DNA of 63,532 bases, the filler included, from Piedraia hortae CBS 480.64 (lineage: Eukaryota): the NCBI GenBank assembly GCA_010093745.1. It is 2 parts of 2 records of this genome, joined end to end, with 100 filler letters (N's around TTAATTAATTAA, not from the genome) between each part and the next. Parts side by side here need not be neighbours in the genome. Positions count along the whole stretch, not along the records: positions 31,867 to 63,532 come from MU006054.1; 1 more part is not named here. The stretch is one strand, 5' to 3'. Positions 36,253 to 46,531 of this stretch are shown here, piece after piece. Position 1 is the first letter of the stretch. Every line of letters starts with the position of its first letter. A program made the position numbers and the translations under genes. The notes under the pieces were generated by a model. That model had not been told where the DNA came from and made no database searches. It worked only from the letters and a program-made list of their open reading frames with translations.

Positions 36253-36541
36253 GGTGTGGAGCGGAGAGTGAAGCGGGAGTGGCGAGGGGCGTTCTTTATC
36301 GGGGCATCCTCGGTCCACACGTGACTTTTATCAATCTGATTATCAGATCTGATATTGAAGATTTCATGGGTGCGAATTACAACGCTTACGATGATGCTGG
36401 TCGAAATGACCAAGGGATAACATTGCGTGAAGGAAGTGTCGTCCACGAACGAGGCTTTGGCCGAGGGTTCCCAAGACGAGAACGAAAGTGGCCCAGAAAA
36501 TGATCTAAGATTGGAGCAACGTATCATCGAGGCTGCACACA

Positions 36542-37036
36542 TCAACTCCTCCTCTGCTTTTTTCTCTTCGTCGTTTGCTTCCCATTCCCATTTTGTATTT
36601 CCTCACTCTCTTGCTTCCTCTCTGCCTTCTCATCAACTTCCACGAGCCAATCCGCCTGACCATCGTCCTTGCCCTTGTAACCGTATTTCGGAACCCAATC
36701 CTTCTTCTCTTCGCTGTAGACAAGCTTCCCACTCTTCCGCTTCGGTTTTATACCCTTCTTCTCCGCAAACCTTTCCCACTTTGTCTTCTCCTTTGGCTTC
36801 GGAATCGGTTTCTCCCGCGGTAATTGCGTGACCGGGTCAGGCAGTTTGATTGACAGCTCCCCGTCTCCGGCGCGCTCAATCGGACATGAAGTCAGAAGCT
36901 TATTGATTATGCCTTGTGCACATTGTCGAGCTGAAGCCTCGAGGTCTGATTCGGTTGATGAAGTGAGGGGATTGGGATCGGTGACCATGAGATGGCCAAG
37001 ATCGAAAACGAACGGTTGCGCTTGTGTTTCTGCCAT
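36542..37036 (-). CDS. RRS1: Ribosome biogenesis regulatory protein Rrs1
   Basis: FDLGHL..DPNPL, LPREKPIPKPKEKTKWERFAEKKGI, WVPKYGYKG. Confidence 0.92.
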   Translation of the reverse strand: MAETQAQPFVFDLGHLMVTDPNPLTSSTESDLEASARQCAQGIINKLLTSCPIERAGDGELSIKLPDPVTQLPREKPIPKPKEKTKWERFAEKKGIKPKRKSGKLVYSEEKKDWVPKYGYKGKDDGQADWLVEVDEKAERKQESEEIQNGNGKQTTKRKKQRRS

Positions 37037-37172
37037 GTCTTGTGTGTTGTGTGGAAATTCGGAAATTTTGGGTGGGCAGAGGTTGGAATAAGGGCCGGTC
37101 CGAGCCGCGTGACAGCGCAGGGGTCCCAATGTGGTTTGGGGCCGGATCTTCCCATGCCATTGTATGGCAAAC

Positions 37173-38288
37173 ATGGAAATAGAACCCCCAGCAAAGCGCC
37201 TGAAGCTCACGCCAGAGCCCGAGAGTAGTACATTTGCCGATCTAGCCGAACAGCGCGACGCGGAAGAGCGCCAGAAATATATAAAAGGCAAGAAGATTGG
37301 CAGCGGACAGTATGCCGATGTGTTCAGCGCCCATCTTGCTTCCGATCCGACCAAACTATTTGCAATCAAGAAGATAAAGACTGGTCCAGAAGTGCAAGAG
37401 TTCGGCATCAGCTATGACAGCCTCCGCGAAATCAGATTCCTGCAAGAGCTGCATCATGAGAATATCATCAAACTACACTCGGTCTTCTCCACCAAAAACC
37501 AGAACCTGAACCTCGTGTTGGAGTATCTGCCCCAGGGCGATCTGCTCACGTTGATTCAGGATAACAGTGTGTTCTACACCGCGGCAGATATCAAGATGTG
37601 GATGATGCAGCTTGGTCGGGCAGTCTACTTTTGCCACGGCTTCGGTGTCCTGCATCGGGATATCAAGCCCAACAATCTGTTGATCGCCTCAAGCGGTCAA
37701 ATCAAGCTCGCGGATTTCGGTCTAGCAAGGAAAATGGCCGATCCGTTCCAGCAGATGACATACAACACCATCACGCTGTGGTACCGTCCGCCTGAGCTCT
37801 TCTTCCAGGCACAACACTACAGCGGGAACGTCGACATCTGGAGCTGCGGCTGCGTGTTCGCAGAACTCATCCTGCGAGACGTCATGTTCCGCGCCGTTCC
37901 GCAGACAGAGCTCAAAATGATCAGCTTGATATCAGAGCGCGTGGGTACACCGACGGAGCAAAACTGGCCTGGCGTATCACATCTCAAGGGATATGTCGTA
38001 TCCGGGGACGTCATCCCTCTCCGGTCCCGCGAGAGCTGGAATAATTCCTTCCGCTCTGTAGGTCCAGCGGGCGTTGACCTTTTAATCAAAATGTTAACCC
38101 TCGACCCGCGGAAACGGCCCACGGCAGAAGGCGTCCTCAAACACGAGTACTGGACGTCCGACCCGCGGCCCAGCAGGCTCGAAGACCTGCCCCGTAAGGG
38201 TGGCGGGGAGACAACCATGGCCCACGACCTCGCCCAAAAACAAGACAGAGGCAAAGTAAGCCGACTAATCGATTTCAGCAAAGTCTAA
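37173..38288 (+). CDS. KIN28: TFIIH CTD kinase Kin28/CDK7 (alternative ATG at 37164)
   Basis: GSGQYADV, AIKKIK, SLREIRFLQELHHENI, HRDIKPNNLL, DFGLAR, TLWYRPPEL. Confidence 0.85.
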   Translation: MEIEPPAKRLKLTPEPESSTFADLAEQRDAEERQKYIKGKKIGSGQYADVFSAHLASDPTKLFAIKKIKTGPEVQEFGISYDSLREIRFLQELHHENIIKLHSVFSTKNQNLNLVLEYLPQGDLLTLIQDNSVFYTAADIKMWMMQLGRAVYFCHGFGVLHRDIKPNNLLIASSGQIKLADFGLARKMADPFQQMTYNTITLWYRPPELFFQAQHYSGNVDIWSCGCVFAELILRDVMFRAVPQTELKMISLISERVGTPTEQNWPGVSHLKGYVVSGDVIPLRSRESWNNSFRSVGPAGVDLLIKMLTLDPRKRPTAEGVLKHEYWTSDPRPSRLEDLPRKGGGETTMAHDLAQKQDRGKVSRLIDFSKV

Positions 38289-38349
38289 CCCACAACCTAC
38301 ATAGTTTTACCCCATCTTTTAACAACAAAATAGGCAGCATACGATACAA

Positions 38350-39201
38350 TCAAGGCACCCTCTCCGCCTCCTCCAGTAGTTCCTCGACCCTAAACCTCTC
38401 ATCCCCGCGTGTAAACAACTCCATCAACCCCCTCCTCCTCCCACCCCCCAACCCATAAAACTTCTGCAGACACATAACCAACCACTTCGCATCCTGCACC
38501 GTGACGCCCCTCCCCTCCGTAACCCGTCCCTCCATAAGCACAACCCCCCCCTGTGCGTGTCCCTCCAAATCCAAATGATGCGTCAGCGTAGTATGCGGCT
38601 GCGCGTACTCTCCTCTACACTTATATTCTGCTAAATGCGTAAACAGCACCGTTGCGGTGGTGGGGGTGGGGAACGTCCATTGGAGGAAATGGATTTCGGC
38701 GCCCTGCTGGTCTGTCTTTGGGAGAGGTAAAATGAATTGGGGGTGTTGTTTCGCGACTACTTCCATTTTGCGGAAGGTGGGGAGGTTGATCACCGCGCAG
38801 AGGGAGGATGGGTCGTTTATGTGGTGCGCGCGCCAGAGGGATTCGATTTCAGGGTGGGAGAGGGTTGAGAGTTTTGGGGTGTTGAGGAGGGTGTTGAGGG
38901 TTGAGGGGACTTGGGGTTTGGGGGGTGGGGGTGGGTTGAAGGGTGTTGGGTTGTTCTGTGGTGGGTTTGGGGAGGCATTCTTGCGCTGATTTTCGAGTTT
39001 GGTGCGGTTTGCTTGGCGGAGTTCGTCGACGGTGACGCCCTTTTCGCGCGCTTTTTGCGCGAGCTTGGCGCGGTACCGGTCCAATACCGCGTCGGGTTGG
39101 GTGGTTACGAAGCGCACGTTGTGGACTTGCGCGTGGCGTTTCTGGGAGAGGCCGTGCCATGCGCTGCGGCGGATCGCGGGTCGGAGGATGGGTGGTGGCA
39201 T
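38350..39201 (-). CDS. ATP11: F1-ATPase assembly factor Atp11
   Basis: LDRYRAKL, IESLWRAHH, PQFILPLP, EIHFLQW, LFTHLAEYK..GEYAQPH, CLQKFY. Confidence 0.92.
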   Translation of the reverse strand: MPPPILRPAIRRSAWHGLSQKRHAQVHNVRFVTTQPDAVLDRYRAKLAQKAREKGVTVDELRQANRTKLENQRKNASPNPPQNNPTPFNPPPPPKPQVPSTLNTLLNTPKLSTLSHPEIESLWRAHHINDPSSLCAVINLPTFRKMEVVAKQHPQFILPLPKTDQQGAEIHFLQWTFPTPTTATVLFTHLAEYKCRGEYAQPHTTLTHHLDLEGHAQGGVVLMEGRVTEGRGVTVQDAKWLVMCLQKFYGLGGGRRRGLMELFTRGDERFRVEELLEEAERVP

Positions 39202-39275
39202 TGTGCGGTTAGCCTCGGTGTTTGGTTGGTTTAAATATGTAGGATAGCTGACCCCTCACAGTCATCTTTGACACA

Positions 39276-40968
39276 ATGCCTACTCCTTCCAGTTATCCGC
39301 AGATAGATATTCCCAATGTGGGGATTTGGGACTTTTTGTTCGCGAGAAAGGAGAAAGGCTTTCAGGATGACAAAGGTTTGGGTGTTTACATGGCTATGAA
39401 CTGTGTGCTGATTAAAAGTCATCTTCCTCGATCCGAATATCAATCGATCGTATACTTTTGCCCAGGTGAAAAAGACCGCTTCAGACTTTGGAAAAGGTCT
39501 TCAGGACCAATGGGGTTGGCAAAAGGGAGATGTGTTGGGAATATACTCTCCCAACTCGGTTGATTATCCCGTAGTTTGCTGGGGATGTCACTTTGCAGGA
39601 GGCATCGTGTCGCCTTCGAATGCCGCTTACACGGTTGATGAGCTGGCTTTTCAGCTCAGAGACAGCGGAGCTAAGGGCTTGGTCACTCAGGTCTCGCATC
39701 TGAAGACGGCCCTGGCTGCGTGCGAAAAGGTCGGGATTCCCCGTAAACGAGTGTGTTTGATGGGAGAGGAGAGAGTCTCCGATGGCTCCTTTAGACACTT
39801 TACCGACATTCTCAATGTTGCTGCCGTGCTGCATTACCGTCGTGTACGCGTCGATCCAGCTAAAGATCTGGCCTTTTTGGTCTACTCTTCCGGCACAACT
39901 GGCCATCCAAAGGGCGTAATGCTGAGCCACCGCAATATCGTCTCCAACGTGTTGCAAGTCAGCGCTGGCGAGGGACCTTTATCCCCAGCGCCAGCGCCAG
40001 GACGACCAGAGGGTGATAAGATCCTGGCATTCTTGCCTTTTTATCACATCTACGGCTTGACCGTCGGCCTTCATCAGTCTTTCTATCGTGGCCTGACGAC
40101 CCTCGTCTTGCCTAAATTCGAAATCGAGAGCTGGTGTAGCGTGGTACAGGAACACCACGTTACGTTTGCCTATGTTGTGCCTCCCGTGGTGCTCTTGCTG
40201 TCGAAGCATCCGTGTGTTGACAAGTACGACCTGTCGAGTCTGCGGATGCTCAACTCGGGCGCAGCCCCCTTGACGCGCGAGTTGGTCGAGGCCATGTATG
40301 CTCGTATCCATGTTCCCGTTAAACAAGGCTACGGGCTATCCGAGACATCGCCCACGACTCACACCCAGCCGTGGGATGTCTGGCAATCTACCATTGGCGC
40401 AGTGGGAACCCTCCTCCCCAACTTGGAAGCCATGTACGTCTCCCCGGAGGGAAAGGAGCTGCCTGTAGGCGAAACGGGCGAGCTCTGGGTCAGGGGACCT
40501 AATGTCTTCTTGGGTTACCATAACAATCCCGAGGGAACCAAAAATGCCCTGACTGAAGACGGGTTCTTCAAAACAGGCGATGTAGGCTACCAAAACAAAG
40601 ACGGCGCGTTTTACATTACCGACCGCGTCAAGGAGCTTATCAAGTATAAGGGCTTCCAGGTCCCGCCGGCTGAGCTGGAGGGTTTGCTTTTCAGCCATCC
40701 CAAGGTCAACGATGCTGCCGTCGTGGGAGTCTGGAGGGAGGATCTTGCATCCGAAGTCCCACTTGCCTACATCGTCCCAGCTCAGGGAGCATCCCCGAGC
40801 CCGGCCCTGGCCAAGAACATATCAGACTGGCTGGACCAGAGAGTCGCACAACATAAACGTCTCCGAGGCGGGGTGCAATTCCTGACTGAGATCCCCAAGA
40901 GTCCCAGTGGAAAAATCCTACGTCGTCTACTCAAGGAGAAGGTAGAGCCTGTCAAGGCCAGGTTGTGA
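39276..40968 (+). CDS. Peroxisomal 4-coumarate/phenylacetyl-CoA ligase-like AMP-binding enzyme (1 intron)
   Basis: YSSGTTGHPKGV, GYGLSETSP, GELWVRGPNV, FKTGDVG, DRVKELIKYKGFQVPPAELE, PKSPSGKILRR; PTS1 -ARL. Confidence 0.93.
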
Positions 40969-41011
40969 GGCAATTTAGGATTATATAGAGTTTGGATAGC
41001 CATTTCACTGC

Positions 41012-42418
41012 CTACTCCAATATCTCCCTCAACTCCTCCTCGTACGGCTTCTCATTCTTCATCTCCTCCGCAACCCTCTCCACCTCCTTCCAAACCCTCA
41101 TCACATTTCCATTCGCAACCATTCCAATCTCCCTCTCGCTCAACCCCCTCTCCCTCAACAATCCAAGCAAATCCTTGAACCTCCCCACATCCTCCAGCCC
41201 CCTCGGCGTGGACGCGATCCCATCAAAATCACTCCCAATACCCACAAACTCAAAACCCACCAACCCCCCAATATGCATAATATGCTCCACAACCTTCTCA
41301 ATCGTATTCGTCTCATTCGCAAAAGTCGGCAGACCCCCCTTCCCCTCCTTTGCCTCTTTACAACTAACAAACTCCGGCAAAAAATTAATCATGACAACGG
41401 ACCCCCTCTCCTTCACCATCTGTAAAACATCATCCGGCACATTCCTTGGATGCGGACAAACCGCGTACGCAGACGAGTGGCTGAAAATCGGCGGGGCGAT
41501 ACTCCTCTCTATCCCCCTGGTTTTGTTTCCAGCCAGGACATCACGCATCGTATCGGCGCTGACGTGGGAGAGATCGACGATCATCCCCATTCTGTTCATT
41601 TCGTGGACGAGGAGGGAACCCTCGGGGCTGAGGCCGTTGTGCAGGGGGATGGCTTTTTGCATCACCCCTCCCGGCATTTCGAGGGCTGCGTCGGCGTACT
41701 TGTTGTGGCAGTTCCATGTTAATGTGGCATAGCGGACGCCTAGATTGTAATAGAGGCTTCGCGCGGGGGTTAATTGGGGGTTTTGTGGGGGGGGGGGGGG
41801 GGGGGGGGGGGGAAGAGGAATGGCTTACCGGAGGGTTGAGAGGGAGTTGCCGATTTGGTGGAGGCCTTCGATTGCGAGGGGGGAGACGAGGCGGGATTTC
41901 GGGGAGTTGTAGTTTCTGAGAATTTTCTCTGCTTCGATTGCGTTTTTTGGGGGAGTGAATGCATGCGGGTACTCGGCTTGAAGACGGTAAAAGAGGTCGA
42001 TTTGTTCGAGGGTGGTTTTTACTGCTAAGTCGTAATTTTCATCGGAGAAATTGCGTCCGTCAGTGGGACAGGGAACCCACGCGGACCAGAACGCTCCGCC
42101 CATTTTACCCTCGAAGCTGCGTTTGAGGTCGAATTGGCCTTGTAAGGTCCCGTTGAGAAAGGGTTTGGTGAAATTGTCGTTGTAGATGTGGTTGCCCATG
42201 GTGTTGCGGAGGAGGAAAAGGAAGTCGTCGTGGCCGTCCATGATGGGGTGGATTTGGATACTTGATGGGAGTGATAGGGTGTTGGTGGAGAGATAGAGAA
42301 GGGCTGCTACGCCCAGGCCGAAGAGTGTCATTTTTGCGATTGGTGAGGTTGAGGGACGGGCATCTTGACTGCCATTTTGACGTTTGTCAGCTTCGGTTAG
42401 TAGTGGCTTATTCTCCAT
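41012..42418 (-). CDS. Membrane dipeptidase (peptidase M19) with N-terminal TM segment (1 intron)
   Basis: MDGHDD, LAIEGLHQI, TLR|LYYNLGVRYATLTWNCHN, VDLSHVS, FSHSSA, HPRNVPD, GIGSDFDG. Confidence 0.92.
41787..41812. repeat. G26 homopolymer inside the dipeptidase intron
   Basis: Directly visible. Confidence 0.9.
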
Positions 42419-42504
42419 TATGGGTGGGAATCTCTTCCATGACGATCATGTGCGCTGTATATGCACGCACGGCTTTTTCCGTCGACGACTTTCTGTAGAC
42501 AATC

Positions 42505-43119
42505 ATGCCGCTAATCTCTGGATTCACCCTCATCAGGGCTGTTTCGCTCTGCCATTTGACCGCTGCTTACTTTTTTCTCACTGCTCCAAGAGCGATAGCC
42601 GATCATAATGTGGTGTTTATGCTCGGGGAAGCGGTCAAAATGGTATGTGTGCTTAAATTCCCTGCAGTCTACCTAACTTGAATAGCCGCATGTAACTACA
42701 ATGGACAGGCCGAATGAGGCGTCAGCCTTCATTGCCATTATCCTTACTGTATTGGGTATATCAGACTTTGCAGCAAGCTCAATGGAGGAAGAAGCGGCCA
42801 TCCACTACTGGCTAATGGTCGTTCCCGTACGCTTACTAGCCTTCTTCGGGTTCACAGGCTACCTGTACCTCTTCAAAGAGACTGGCATCTTTGGCTCTGG
42901 GCCTACGGCGAAAGCGGGAATCACTGAACCGCTCAAGAACAGCTTAACGTTTACGTTTGGGTTCTTTGAAATCGCCATTTGGTTCTGGGTGCGTATTATC
43001 GAGTAACCAGCATTGGCATCTAACTAGAGTAACAGATTTTCACAAACTTGCGCGAGGAGAGACGCCAACTGGCGATACGCAAGATGGAACGTCTAAAGGC
43101 AGAACAGGACAGTCTGTGA
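42505..43119 (+). CDS. ILM1: Ilm1-like membrane protein (2 introns)
   Basis: Spliced MPLISGFTLIRAVSLCHLTAAYFFLTAP...GEAVKM|PHVT...PVRL...NSLTFTFGFFEIAIWFW|IFTNLREERR; 4 TM segments. Confidence 0.8.
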
Positions 43120-43591
43120 GAAGCACTGATCTCACACGGGCAGAGCACTCGTCACGTGATGTCCTCGCCGTCAATGGTGAAACAATGCAGGCCTGTTCAT
43201 GTTATCAAGTTGGGAGGCACACGGCCTGGACGGATCCGTGCCTTTACATCTTGACTCGTACAACATCTGACATAGTCAACCTCTATTGTTCTTGTGCTGA
43301 CGATGGATGCTTCAGTATCGTGGGGGCTGGTATAATAGGTTGCTATTACTGACCCAACGCGGCAGTCTAATATCACGGCAAACGCCAGAGAAATTAATGC
43401 TGACCCGTTACCGGTCATGCTGCCAACGGCTGAGCAGGGTGCATGGCGTCAGATGGCACAGACTGTGCAGTAGGTCCAGCAGTACTTATGCCCAGGACGG
43501 CTCTTGGAAAGACAGATCCCTTCCTCCTCACCTTCCTCTTCCTCCTCTCTCACCTCCTCTCTACCCCATATCCGCCTCTCCAACCTTTATC

Positions 43592-44707
43592 ATGGCCGCC
43601 CGAACCATTCCCGACCCTGCACGACCCCTCTATCCCCTCGAGGCCCGTCTACCCAGCCGTTTCGAAGACTTTTTCCTGCCGCCCTCTCCGCCCAATCCTC
43701 TTCCTCTCTCGGTGTGGGAGCACTCGGTACTGCCTCCCTGTGCCACTTCTGGGGAAAAAGATGACTGGAACTCGGCTTCCGTCTGGGCTAGAGACGCCAA
43801 GAGAAGCCCCGGAGTGATTGGAGCTCCCCGTCCAAAGTTGACTGCAGTCACGACGCCGGTCGATCGTGCTGCTGCCATTTACGCTCCTCGCTGGCCCGAA
43901 CTTGCCTGGGCCCGTCCATCTGACCAGACCACCACGCCCAGCACTGAAAGACCCATCTCTGAATGCTCCAGCTCGATCCCAAGCGAGATCTTGATGGATA
44001 GGGACCAGGTCAAGACCTGCTTCCACAGCTCTTCAACGACGACAAACTATGGCCGTCCGTCCAGCGTCCATTTCGGGGACGGAGTTACCGCTCGCATGAA
44101 CGGTGAACAGGCAAAGGCCCATTCTCTCAGACGTCCTGCGAACCGTGACGAGTTTGATGGCCCTTCGCAATTCCTCGAAAAGCCAATTGACTGTGCCTGT
44201 GAGCCGCAGGAGGAAGATCTCCCCACCCTTCCCGCCTCTCTGACCATCATGGAGCAAGATGAGATCCTCGCCCAGGCGCGTGCCCGGCTTTCACAGTGCG
44301 CCTTTGACTTTGTGGCGCGCTACCAGTTTCCCATCCCTCTGGAACCCGATCGACGTCCTGTGCGTGTCCCCGGCGACCGCGAGTGGTCTGAATGGGTTTA
44401 TCTACTGAAGCGTCTGGCCACCAAGCGTCGCATTCCTGCTCGAGTGCTCTATCAGGGCCAGATCAAGCAGTTCATCATGGTCATGGGCAGCAGCCTCGAG
44501 ATGCGCCACGTCCCTGCCACGGCCACGTCACCCACGCGCACTCCCCGCGACGACCGTCACATCCTCCAGCTGCTCAGTTCTGGCCTGCAGGTTGCCAAGA
44601 TCTTGAAGGATGCCGCCGCCATGCAGGATCTCGACTCGCTCTACATGCGCACCGAGCGTCTCATCCTTAGCCGTCGGGCCAGCCCTGAGCTGACCCATCC
44701 GTGGTAG
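43592..44707 (+). CDS. Fungal hypothetical protein with an ordered C-terminal domain
   Basis: Long ORF; C-terminal CAFDFVARYQFPIPLEPD...EWSEWVYLLKRLATKRRIPARVLY. Confidence 0.8.
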   Translation: MAARTIPDPARPLYPLEARLPSRFEDFFLPPSPPNPLPLSVWEHSVLPPCATSGEKDDWNSASVWARDAKRSPGVIGAPRPKLTAVTTPVDRAAAIYAPRWPELAWARPSDQTTTPSTERPISECSSSIPSEILMDRDQVKTCFHSSSTTTNYGRPSSVHFGDGVTARMNGEQAKAHSLRRPANRDEFDGPSQFLEKPIDCACEPQEEDLPTLPASLTIMEQDEILAQARARLSQCAFDFVARYQFPIPLEPDRRPVRVPGDREWSEWVYLLKRLATKRRIPARVLYQGQIKQFIMVMGSSLEMRHVPATATSPTRTPRDDRHILQLLSSGLQVAKILKDAAAMQDLDSLYMRTERLILSRRASPELTHPW

Positions 44708-44918
44708 TCAGGAATACAGTGAAGGGTACAGTCAAATGGATGGAAAACCAAGGGGACCAGACGGTAACGAGACAGTGTAATAGATAATTATGTAATCCAG
44801 CGTAATACAGTCGATCCATGCATGCGCTAGTCCGAGTGCGGTAAGTGGGTGAAGTTTTTCTGCAGCTAAAGGTGGGGGGTTCGGCCACCAAGACTTGAAA
44901 TTCTCACGTGGATTGAAA

Positions 44919-46339
44919 ATGTGTCCAACAAACGGCAACGTTATCACCAATGGCGAGCAGAATGGCAGCCAAAACGGCAATCACGAAGGCTACAGGCAAG
45001 TGCGCCACGGATCTGCAAGCCTCGAGCTAACGGCGATAGGGCGATTGAGACGCCAGTCCCACGACAGCAGCCATCGAACCCGTACGCACCCGTGCAAGAT
45101 TTCCTGAGCAACGTCTCCAACTTCAAGATCATCGAATCGACGCTGCGGGAGGGCGAGCAATTCGCAAATGCGTTTTTCGATACAGAAACCAAGATCAAGA
45201 TTGCCAAGGCGCTGGACGAATTTGGCGTTGATTACATTGAGTTGACGTCTCCAGCTGCGTCAGAGCAGTCGCGCAAGGACTGCGAGGCTATTGCCAAGCT
45301 TGGCCTCAAGAGGGCCAAGACGTTGACGCATGTGCGTTGCAACATGGCAGATGCCAAGATGGCGGTCGAGACGGGCGTGGATGGCGTCGACGTCGTCATT
45401 GGCACTTCTAGTCATCTGATGGAACACAGCCACGGAAAGGACATGACGTATATCAAGAACACGGCTATTGAAGTGATTGAATACGTCAAAAGTCAGGGGA
45501 AGGAGATTCGCTTCAGCTCCGAAGACTCGTTCCGGAGCGATCTTGTAGACTTGCTGACGCTTTACAAGGCCGTAGACAAGATTGGCGTGGACCGTGTAGG
45601 TATCGCTGATACGGTGGGCTGTGCAACGCCGCGCCAGGTTTATGATCTGGTGAGGACGCTGCGCGGTGTTGTTGGCTGCGATATCGAGACGCATTTTCAT
45701 AATGATACAGGCTGTGCCATTGCCAATGCGTACTGCGCGTTGGAGGCCGGGGCTACGCACATTGATACCTCGGTCATTGGCATTGGCGAACGCAATGGAA
45801 TCACGCCTCTGGGCGGTCTAATGGCACGCATGATTGTGGCCGACAGAGACTATGTCAAGTCGCGGTACAATCTTTCCAAGCTTAAGGAGATTGAAGATCT
45901 CGTGGCGGAGGCGGTTGAAATCAACGTGCCGTTTAACAATCCCATCACAGGCTTCTGTGCCTTTACCCACAAGGCTGGTATTCACGCCAAGGCGATCCTA
46001 AACAACCCGTCTACCTATGAAATCATCACGCCGTCCGACTTTGGCATGAGTCGGTACGTGCACTTTGCGTCACGTCTAACGGGATGGAATGCCATCAAGT
46101 CTCGAGCCGAGCAGCTCGGACTGGAAATGTCTGATGCTCAGATCAAGGCGGTGACATTGAAGATTAAGGCGTTAGCTGATATCCGGCCCTTGGCCATTGA
46201 CGACGCCGACAGCATCATCCGGAATTTCCACTTCAACCTCAGCTCTGACCATCAGAGGCCGTTGATGAATCTGACCAATGAAGAGAAGAAGGCCTTTGCC
46301 CAGAAGGAGCAGGAGTTAATTGCCGAAAAGGCCTCATAG
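44919..46339 (+). CDS. LYS20: Homocitrate synthase (GC-AG intron 44996-45039)
   Basis: [61 protein letters not shown]. Confidence 0.97.
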
Positions 46340-46531
46340 TCTGTCTTCCGTATAATCATGCCATCCCACCATCCCTCCTGTCAGTCCTTCTACTTCTCCT
46401 ACATCAGGTAGTCATATCATTCTTATAATCATGCCACCCCTGGTCTGTCCCTCTTCGGCAATAACGCCCTCTTCTCCGTAGTCACATCATCCCCCTTCCC
46501 CAACATCCCACCAGACCCCATCCTATTAATC

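Noticed and set aside
40992..41732. Long antisense ORFs (here and at 22964-23587, 47379-48122, 58565-59293)
   Set aside because: They are shadows of well-supported genes on the opposite strand, favoured by codon bias
39276..42418. Secondary-metabolite cluster (4CL-like ligase plus GliJ-like dipeptidase, with thioesterase and FMO nearby)
   Set aside because: No NRPS, PKS or terpene synthase; the genes are interspersed with housekeeping genes
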